From Dehalococcoidia bacterium (lineage in GTDB: Bacteria; Chloroflexota; Dehalococcoidia; Plut-88900), in contig CBDBLV010000003.1 of NCBI GenBank assembly GCA_965207225.1, positions 160,001-224,000 on the forward strand: a stretch of 64,000 nt of DNA, given 5' to 3'. A program made the position numbers and the translations under genes. The notes below the pieces were generated by a model. It was not told where the DNA came from. It searched no databases and saw only the letters and a program-made list of their open reading frames with translations. Numbering within the stretch: position 1 is the stretch's first letter; each line of letters starts with the position of its first letter. This document shows, piece after piece, positions 56,896-64,000 of this stretch.

Positions 56896-58014
56896 ATGAG
56901 ATATAAAGGCTTATTTGGGATGCTTGTACTCGGCGTCCTCCTGGCCGTGGTTGTCGCTTGCGGCGGTGGGCTTTCGGAGGAGGACGTGGAGACCCGGGCG
57001 CAGGAGTTGGCTGACCAGATGGCTGCCGAGATGGCCACGGGCGAAAGGCTGGCCGCCATACAGGAACGGGGCGTAGTAATATGCGCCAGCAGGAACGACG
57101 TACCGGGCTACGGATCCCTTGACGCAGCCGGCAACAACGTCGGATTCGACATAGACCTGTGCCGGGCGGTTGCTACCGCGGTGCTCGGGGACCCGAACGC
57201 CATTGAGATCCGGCTGATCACGGCGGCGGAACGAGGCCCGACGATCCAGTCAGGCGAAGTGGACCTGCTGGTAAGGACCGTGACTTGGACCACCTCCCGA
57301 GACGCAAGCTGGGGCAACTACGTGCAGACCATGTTCTACGACGGACAGGGTTTCATGGTCCCCAACTCTCTGGGCATTTCCAGCGCCCTGGAGCTAAAGG
57401 ACGCCACGGTCTGCGTAACCCAGGGAACTACGACAGAACTGAACCTCCAGGACTTCTCCAACCAGAACAACCTGAACATCACTCCGCTGACATTCGAGGA
57501 CACGGACGCCGTGGTCGCTGCTTATGAGAACGAGCAGTGCGACTCCTTCACCAATGACAACTCCCAGCTGGCCGCGCTGGGCACTGCGCTTTCGGACCGG
57601 AGCGCCCACACGATTCTTCCGGACACGATATCGGAAGAGCCCCTGGGGCCTGTTGTTCCTCATGGGGACGACCAGTGGTTCGACATCGTGAAGACGGTCA
57701 TGGGCATCCTGATCTACTCGGAGGCCTACGGGGTTGACTCGGGCAGCGTGCCCACATCGAGCACCGGAGACACCAAGGTTGACAGGCTGTTCGGCCTAGA
57801 GGGCTCCTTTGGACAGGACGCTCTTGGCCTGGACCAGACTGTTGCGCAGGACGTAATCAAGGCCGTTGGAAACTACGGCGAGATCTACGACCGCAACCTG
57901 GGCCCCGACGGGATCAACCTCCCCCGGGAAGGCGGACGGAACGCACTGTGGTCCAACGCCCCGTGCACCGACTGCCCGAAGGGCGGCCAGATATACGCAG
58001 CGCCTCTGCGTTAA
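56896..58014 (+). CDS. aapJ: General L-amino acid ABC substrate-binding lipoprotein (AapJ/BztA)
   Basis: GFDIDLCRAVA, TWTTSRD, FYDGQGF, GNYGEIYDRNLG, YAAPLR. Confidence 0.9.
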   Translation: MRYKGLFGMLVLGVLLAVVVACGGGLSEEDVETRAQELADQMAAEMATGERLAAIQERGVVICASRNDVPGYGSLDAAGNNVGFDIDLCRAVATAVLGDPNAIEIRLITAAERGPTIQSGEVDLLVRTVTWTTSRDASWGNYVQTMFYDGQGFMVPNSLGISSALELKDATVCVTQGTTTELNLQDFSNQNNLNITPLTFEDTDAVVAAYENEQCDSFTNDNSQLAALGTALSDRSAHTILPDTISEEPLGPVVPHGDDQWFDIVKTVMGILIYSEAYGVDSGSVPTSSTGDTKVDRLFGLEGSFGQDALGLDQTVAQDVIKAVGNYGEIYDRNLGPDGINLPREGGRNALWSNAPCTDCPKGGQIYAAPLR

Positions 58015-58147
58015 GATTTGAGCGCCATAGCGTAAAAGCAAACATGAAGGGTGGCCGACGGATGTGGGCCGCCCCTCAGCTTTTTGTCAAAAACGGGCAA
58101 AAGTCTTGCCGATGTAATAGAATCAGCCTGTTACTGGACTGGCTACA

Positions 58148-59362
58148 TTGCGCAACGCCATTACATCTCGACTCAACAGCCTGACCTACAAGGGCATACC
58201 GGTTTGGCGTCATGCCCAGGTAATCCAGTGGACGGCACAGATAGTCTCCGGGGTGGTGGTGGTTGCACTGGTTGCCTGGTTCTTCACCAATATCGGTAAT
58301 GCGATAAGCGACCGGGACATCCCGTTCGGGTTCAGCTTTCTGAGCCGGGAGTACCAGACGCCCATAGGACAGCATTTCCTGCCCTACGAATCGTCCGATT
58401 CATTCCTTTACGCCCTGGTTGTGGGCGCGACGAATACGATCTTCGTATCGGTCATCGGGGTAATCCTGGCGACGGCGCTGGGGATATTCATCGGGGTATC
58501 CCGGTTGTCGGGGAACTGGCTGGTCTCGAAGATCGCCTTGGTATACATCGAGTTCTTTCGAAACGTGCCTCTGCTGGTACAGCTCTTCTTCTGGTTCTAC
58601 ATCGTGCTTGCCCTCCCGACGGTTCGCGAAAGCTACAGCCTGGGAGACATCATCTACCTGAACAACGCAGGCCTGTACATTCCGATGGTGACTGGAAACG
58701 GTGTAACCCAAGGGTTCCTGTCGCTGGCATCGGTCGTGTTAGCGTTGGCCGCCGGTTACGTGGTCCACAAGGCGATGGCACGGCGAGAGGAGCAAACGGG
58801 ATCGACGTCTTACCCGGTTATTTCAGGCATTGGCGCGACGATCCTAGTGGGGCTGGTGGGATGGTTTGTCATCACGGCAATAAATGGAGGATTTCCCCTG
58901 ACAATCACGACTCCCGAGGCCCAGGGCACTTTTGGGCGTTTCCTGAGGGGCGACGGGTTTGAGTTGTCAGGTGGGATGATGGCGCTCCTGATTGGGTTGG
59001 TGATGTACACGGCATCTTTCATAGCGGAAATCGTGAGGGCAGGGATACAGTCGGTCGGGAAAGGCCAATCGGAGGCATCCAGGTCTCTCGGGCTTTCGGC
59101 CCTGGGCACAGTCAGGGAGGTGACCTTCCCCCAGGCACTGCGGGTGATTGTGCCGCCGACGATCAGCCAGTACCTGAACCTGACCAAGAACAGCAGCCTG
59201 GCGGCGGCAATCGGTTACACGGACCTGACGAACGTTGCCAAGACCATGACCCAGACGGCGCCGGCTCTGTCCATATTTGTCCTGATAATGGCGGCCTACC
59301 TAGCAATGAGTCTGACCTACTCTCTAATCGGAAACATCTATAACCGACGCATATCCTTCTGA
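58148..59362 (+). CDS. aapQ: Amino acid ABC permease (AapQ/BztB)
   Basis: FRNVPLLVQLFFWF, AEIVRAGIQSV, YLNLTKNSSLA. Confidence 0.88.
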   Translation: MRNAITSRLNSLTYKGIPVWRHAQVIQWTAQIVSGVVVVALVAWFFTNIGNAISDRDIPFGFSFLSREYQTPIGQHFLPYESSDSFLYALVVGATNTIFVSVIGVILATALGIFIGVSRLSGNWLVSKIALVYIEFFRNVPLLVQLFFWFYIVLALPTVRESYSLGDIIYLNNAGLYIPMVTGNGVTQGFLSLASVVLALAAGYVVHKAMARREEQTGSTSYPVISGIGATILVGLVGWFVITAINGGFPLTITTPEAQGTFGRFLRGDGFELSGGMMALLIGLVMYTASFIAEIVRAGIQSVGKGQSEASRSLGLSALGTVREVTFPQALRVIVPPTISQYLNLTKNSSLAAAIGYTDLTNVAKTMTQTAPALSIFVLIMAAYLAMSLTYSLIGNIYNRRISF

Positions 59363-59390
59363 CGAGGATGCGGAGAGGAATTTCAATCAA

Positions 59391-60656
59391 TTGGCCACTA
59401 GCCTGAATACGGGCCCGCCTTCGGTCCTTCCCCCGCCGCGATTCAGCCGGGGGGCGGTGGGGTGGGCGCGCGATAACCTGTTCAGCTCGTGGCACAACAG
59501 CGTGCTGACCGTGGTGTCGGGAGTGCTGGTAGTGGTGGGGCTGTGGTGGGGACTGAGGTGGGTGCTGGTGGATGCCGACTGGACGGTGATCTCCACCCTC
59601 GGGGGCTTCCTGGCAATGGGGGAGTATAACACCGAGAAGGCATGTGAGGGGCAAAACTGCTTCTGGCGACCCCAAGTCTCCCTGATGCTGGTGATGGTCC
59701 TGGCCGGGATGGCCTGGGGGATTGCCCAGGGAGGGACAGCCAGGAGGATCGCCATCATAGCGACCGTGGCGTTAGTCGCATTCGCTTTCCTGCCGTACAG
59801 CTTCGAGCGGATGGGGATGGACGTCCGGTTGCTTCTGGCGGCCAACATCCCGGCGGTCGGAGTCGGGTGGGCGCTTGGAAAGTACACGTCTCTGGGATCC
59901 ATACGAGGCGTCGTGATTTCCGGTATAGCTGTCTTCGTGCTTATCCTGTTGCTGCTGAGGGGGATACCCGGGGTCCCGGGCCTGGAGCCCGTGTCCGTGA
60001 TCTACTGGGGCGGCATGATGCTAAACCTGCTCCTAGCAGTTGCAGGAATAGTGCTCAGCTTACCCATCGGGATTGCGCTGGCGCTCGGGCGGCGGTCTCG
60101 GCTGCCGGTGGTGAAAGCCCTGTGCGTAGCGTTCATCGAAGTCTTCCGGGGGGTGCCGCTCATCACGCTTCTGTTCATGTCTTCCGTGCTGGTGCCACTG
60201 GCTTTCCCGGAAGACTTTCCGCTGAACAGGCTGTTTCGGGCGGGGATAATAATCACGCTGTTCAGTGCAGCCTATATGGCCGAGAACGTGCGGGGAGGGC
60301 TGCAGGCGCTGCACCCGGGACAGGCGGAGGCGGGGAGGGCTTTGGGCCTTCCAAGCTGGCAGACGATGACGTTCATATCGCTGCCGCAGGCCCTACGAAA
60401 CGTCATCCCGGCGATTGTCGGGCAGTTCATTTCCCTTTTTAAAGATACGACCCTGGTCACCATTATCGGCATGTTGGACATACTGGAGTTCGGTCGATCC
60501 TTCATCCAGTCGTACACCGTGGGAGGAGAGGTCATATACCTGGATAGACAGGAGGAACTCTTTATTTTCATAGCCCTCTGTTTCTGGGTATTCACCTATG
60601 GGATGTCCTACGTGAGCCGCAAGGTCGAACGGCATCTGGGCATAGGAGAGCGATAA
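59391..60656 (+). CDS. aapM: Amino acid ABC permease (AapM/BztC)
   Basis: [33 protein letters not shown]. Confidence 0.88.
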   Translation: MATSLNTGPPSVLPPPRFSRGAVGWARDNLFSSWHNSVLTVVSGVLVVVGLWWGLRWVLVDADWTVISTLGGFLAMGEYNTEKACEGQNCFWRPQVSLMLVMVLAGMAWGIAQGGTARRIAIIATVALVAFAFLPYSFERMGMDVRLLLAANIPAVGVGWALGKYTSLGSIRGVVISGIAVFVLILLLLRGIPGVPGLEPVSVIYWGGMMLNLLLAVAGIVLSLPIGIALALGRRSRLPVVKALCVAFIEVFRGVPLITLLFMSSVLVPLAFPEDFPLNRLFRAGIIITLFSAAYMAENVRGGLQALHPGQAEAGRALGLPSWQTMTFISLPQALRNVIPAIVGQFISLFKDTTLVTIIGMLDILEFGRSFIQSYTVGGEVIYLDRQEELFIFIALCFWVFTYGMSYVSRKVERHLGIGER

Positions 60657-60676
60657 CGGGCATACAAGGTCGGGGG

Positions 60677-61441
60677 TTGAAGATGACTACGATGGAAAGC
60701 AAGAACGGCGCCGAAGACATAATCATCTGCAAAGACGTACATAAGTGGTACGGTGAGTTCCACGCACTGCGGGGGGTGACGACGACGATCAAGAAGGGGG
60801 AGGTGGTGGTGGTGTTCGGGCCCTCGGGGTCTGGGAAGTCGACGTTCATCCGGACTATCAACAGGCTGGAGGAGCACCAGCGGGGGCAGATCATAGTCGA
60901 CGGGATAGAGATGACCAACGACGTGCGGAACATCGACGCGATCCGCCGGGACGTGGGGATGGTGTTCCAGTCCTTCAACCTGTTCCCGCATCTATCGGTG
61001 ATGCGGAATATCACTCTGGCCCCGACCAAAGTGCGAAAGCTCCCGTCCGCCGAGGCGGAGAGGATAGCGATGGAGCTGCTGGAGCGGGTCGGGATCCCGG
61101 AGCAGGCCTACAAGTACCCGAAGGAGTTGTCGGGGGGGCAGCAGCAGCGGGTGGCGATAGCTCGGGCGCTGGCGATGCAGCCGAACATCATGCTGTTTGA
61201 CGAGCCTACCTCGGCGCTGGACCCGGAGATGATCAAGGAAGTGCTGGACGTGATGAAGGAGCTTGCGGAGTCGGGGATGACGATGATCGTGGTGTCACAC
61301 GAGATGGGCTTCGCCCGTGAGGTGGCGAACAGGATGATGATGTTCGACGAAGGGGTGATAATGGAGGAAGGGACCCCGCACCAGATCTTCAACGACCCGC
61401 AGAGCGACCGGACGAAACTGTTCCTATCGCAGATTCTGTAG
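60677..61441 (+). CDS. aapP: Amino acid ABC ATPase (AapP/BztD); start may be 60683 or 60692
   Basis: [29 protein letters not shown]. Confidence 0.9.
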   Translation: MKMTTMESKNGAEDIIICKDVHKWYGEFHALRGVTTTIKKGEVVVVFGPSGSGKSTFIRTINRLEEHQRGQIIVDGIEMTNDVRNIDAIRRDVGMVFQSFNLFPHLSVMRNITLAPTKVRKLPSAEAERIAMELLERVGIPEQAYKYPKELSGGQQQRVAIARALAMQPNIMLFDEPTSALDPEMIKEVLDVMKELAESGMTMIVVSHEMGFAREVANRMMMFDEGVIMEEGTPHQIFNDPQSDRTKLFLSQIL

Positions 61442-61448
61442 CTTCCCC

Positions 61449-62498
61449 TCATACAGGGGATGTTAGCTGGTCTCGAGCCAGCTGGGCCCCTTCCACCATT
61501 GCCCTGAGTTTTCGTTTGGCCGAATTCCCACTCAAAGGCACCAGTCCGCAGTCGGGGGCGGCCTTTAGCTTTTTGGCGGGGTGGTGCTTTGCTGCTTCAA
61601 GGAGCCTATTGGCCAGGTCCTCGGGGTTTTCCACTTCTTCGGTAGTGTTTGCGATACATCCAAAGAGAACTGTCTTGGTCGGGCAGAGGGATAGTAGATC
61701 CAATGAGAGCATCGGGGACTGAAACTCAAGGGCCAGCTGGTCAATGGAGGATGAGTCGAGGGCAGGGAGAATGGTGGGGTAGCTGGGGACAATGGGGCGG
61801 GGCACACCGGGGAGGGGATAGCTGTAGCAGATGTGGACTGCGGTCTCAGCCTCGATGCCGTGCGCGGACCTGTCCAGGGCCTCGATGCCCCAGTCCAAGA
61901 CCTTGTCAGGGTATCGGCTGAAGACCGGTTCGTCGAACTGTATTGTCGATGCGCCTGCCTCAGCCAAAGCGCGGGCTTCCTTGTTCAGGGCCTCAGCTAC
62001 TGCAAAGGCCATCAACTTCTCGTAGCCGTAAAACTCGTCGAGGATGGAATCGCAGACGGTCATGGGGCCGGGAAGGGTGACCTTGACCGGGGTGCGGGAA
62101 TAGCTAAGGGTGAAGCACAGGTCCTCTACGAGCATGGGGTTGGGCCAGGCCACGGGGCCCGTGCACCGGCCGACCTGAGCGAGGCGTCTACCGCCCCTGA
62201 CCCACTTTTCTCCGAAGGTTTCGAAATCGAATCCTTCCAGCTTACGCACCACGTAACTGAGATAGGACTCTCGCCTCTGTTCTCCGTCGGATATTTCGTC
62301 CAGAGCTGCCGACTCCTGTACACCGATGGCCAGCCTAGTTGCATCATCTTGTGCTTCTCGGAGTTTCTCACCAGAGTAGGCCCAAGCTCCGCCTTTCCCG
62401 TGAATCTGTTTTGGATTAGTGGAGAAGGCCGACGAGTCGTAGAGCCATCGGGGCTTGGGCAGGCTTCCTATGACTGTAGTCTCGAAGGGGACGGTCAT
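61449..62498 (-). CDS. Cobalamin-independent methionine synthase II family (MetE C-terminal-like)
   Basis: GSLPKP, DGEQRR, PGPMT, HICY, PDCG. Confidence 0.88.
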   Translation of the reverse strand: MTVPFETTVIGSLPKPRWLYDSSAFSTNPKQIHGKGGAWAYSGEKLREAQDDATRLAIGVQESAALDEISDGEQRRESYLSYVVRKLEGFDFETFGEKWVRGGRRLAQVGRCTGPVAWPNPMLVEDLCFTLSYSRTPVKVTLPGPMTVCDSILDEFYGYEKLMAFAVAEALNKEARALAEAGASTIQFDEPVFSRYPDKVLDWGIEALDRSAHGIEAETAVHICYSYPLPGVPRPIVPSYPTILPALDSSSIDQLALEFQSPMLSLDLLSLCPTKTVLFGCIANTTEEVENPEDLANRLLEAAKHHPAKKLKAAPDCGLVPLSGNSAKRKLRAMVEGAQLARDQLTSPV

Positions 62499-62564
62499 GG
62501 CGGCGAGTATATTACAATCCTGCTCAACTTAAGGCCGGGACCATACTGGGCACGGTGCAGAACT

Positions 62565-63278
62565 ATGACTGAAAAGGACGAAATAAGAAAGGCCGTTTGG
62601 CAGGCGATGAGGGATGCCGGGGTGGCGGCGTTTCCGGGCGCGGTGGGTCGGATCCCGAACTTCACGGGGGCTGGGAGGGCGCATCTACAGTTAGCAGAAC
62701 TGGACGTATGGAAAAACGCCCAGGTGATCAAGTCAAACCCCGACCTGCCACAGAGACCTTTGCGAAGATTGGCCTTGGAGCAGGGCAAGACGGTCTACAT
62801 GGCCGTTCCCCGGCTCAGGGAAGAAAAGTGCTTCGTGGAGCTGGACCCGGGCCGTTTCACCGACTACCGGCTGGCCAGCAGCATCAAGGGTGCAACTCAA
62901 CTGGGCCGATTGGTGCATCCGGACGAGATGAGGCCAATCGACCTGATAGTCTGCGGGTCGGTGGCGGTAAACAGGAAGGGCGCGAGGCTGGGAAAGGGCG
63001 GAGGATATTCGGACCTGGAGTACGCGGTGGCCTTGAGCCTCGGGCTGATCAGCAAAGAGACGCCGATAGTGACGACGGTCCACCCTGTCCAGCTGCTGCC
63101 GGACGACCTGCCCATGACGTCCCACGATATCTCCCTGGACTACATAGGCATGCCGGAAGAGCTGGTGAAGTGTGAAGGAGGGTTTCCCAGGCCAATCGGA
63201 ATAATCTGGGGGGACCTGGGGGAGAAGCTGGATGAGGTGCCTATACTTCAGACCATGAAGGCGAGGGGTTGCGGATAG
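62565..63278 (+). CDS. 5-formyltetrahydrofolate cyclo-ligase family (MTHFSD-like)
   Basis: GRIPNF, NPDLPQ, GSVAV, RLGKGGGYSDLEY. Confidence 0.88.
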   Translation: MTEKDEIRKAVWQAMRDAGVAAFPGAVGRIPNFTGAGRAHLQLAELDVWKNAQVIKSNPDLPQRPLRRLALEQGKTVYMAVPRLREEKCFVELDPGRFTDYRLASSIKGATQLGRLVHPDEMRPIDLIVCGSVAVNRKGARLGKGGGYSDLEYAVALSLGLISKETPIVTTVHPVQLLPDDLPMTSHDISLDYIGMPEELVKCEGGFPRPIGIIWGDLGEKLDEVPILQTMKARGCG

Positions 63279-63382
63279 TCCATCCCTGTGTGGAGGTTTA
63301 TGGACGCTCCAGGGTCGGTATGCTATTCTCGGCGAGCGTGCCGAAGCACTTAATCCCCAATCGGAGAGTTGTATAAGCAGTC

Positions 63383-64000
63383 ATGGAACGCCCGATTTTC
63401 AAGGCCCCCGGCACCCCCGTTGAAGAGCTGGATACCCCGGCTTTCGTAATCGACCTTGATGCACTTTCGCAGAACATCGAGACGGCACACTCCTTCTTCA
63501 GGGGGCAGGAATCGGGGCTGAGGCCCCACGTTGAGGCGCACCGGTGTCCGGCGATAGCGAGCATGCAGCTGGCGTCGGAGGGGACGGTGGGTGGGGTGTC
63601 GGTGAACACGGTGGGCCTAGCGGAGCACTTCGCCAATGCGGGAGTCAGGGACATCTACGTGGCTAATCCGATAGTGACTAAGGTGAAGATCGAAAGGTTG
63701 TGCCGGCTGGCGAGGCGCGTCTCGATGCGGGTCTACGTGGACAATGTACGGAACGCTGAAACCATTTCTGCGGTTGCATCCTCACTGGGAGTCAGCCTCA
63801 GTGCCGTGGTAGGCATAGACACGGGCCTGCACGCTTGCGGCGTGACACCTGGCTCTGAAGCCGTGGATCTCGCCAAAGCGATTGACGGGTTGGATGGGTT
63901 GCAGTTTGTCGGGTTTGGGACTTACGAGGGACGCATTGTTGGTGAGGACACGACGCGGGAAGTGGCCTCAGCGATGGTGGAAACCAAGGGCTTGGCGGAG
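63383..64000 (+). CDS. Partial DSD1/D-threonine aldolase (alanine racemase fold) family protein lacking the PLP lysine
   Basis: LDTPAFVIDLD, LRPHVEAHRC, IYVAN, IDTG, YEG; frame open to the window end. Confidence 0.8.
   Translation, partial: MERPIFKAPGTPVEELDTPAFVIDLDALSQNIETAHSFFRGQESGLRPHVEAHRCPAIASMQLASEGTVGGVSVNTVGLAEHFANAGVRDIYVANPIVTKVKIERLCRLARRVSMRVYVDNVRNAETISAVASSLGVSLSAVVGIDTGLHACGVTPGSEAVDLAKAIDGLDGLQFVGFGTYEGRIVGEDTTREVASAMVETKGLAE

Noticed and set aside
61833-62564. N-terminal extension of the 481-aa ORF
   Set aside because: Antisense to the MetE-like gene; family similarity starts at 62565

Overview
GC-rich bacterial chromosomal segment. The gene content suggests Chloroflexota, probably SAR202/Dehalococcoidia-like (inference only): ten luciferase-like monooxygenase (LLM) paralogs, three amidohydrolases, a class III CoA-transferase, an enolase-superfamily enzyme, a Rieske oxygenase and three MFS paralogs. 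Housekeeping blocks are apt, lipA-lpdA-pdhA-pdhB-pdhC, znuACB and aapJQMP. Accessory content is a DNA methyltransferase-HNH fusion, an IS1380 element (18-bp inverted repeats, 4-bp target duplication) splitting an LLM gene, two toxin-antitoxin pairs, two orphan antitoxins and mosaics of at least four REP-like palindrome families. No rRNA, tRNA or CRISPR array was recognised. The most unusual signals are: (1) a ~190-nt promoter-to-terminator unit with a 15-nt perfect complement to the 16S 3' end, a 14-codon ORF and a structured 3' half; (2) a 73-aa His/Cys tetra-repeat peptide next to znuACB, whose ZnuA carries a 9x His/Asp repeat; (3) a repeat-associated promoter module in front of orphan ORFs that read through REP palindromes; (4) an LLM clade lacking the conserved His; (5) a helically phased TTCAATCA element present twice; (6) several genes with lost catalytic residues or single lesions. 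All calls are by-eye motif recognition; no database searches were run.
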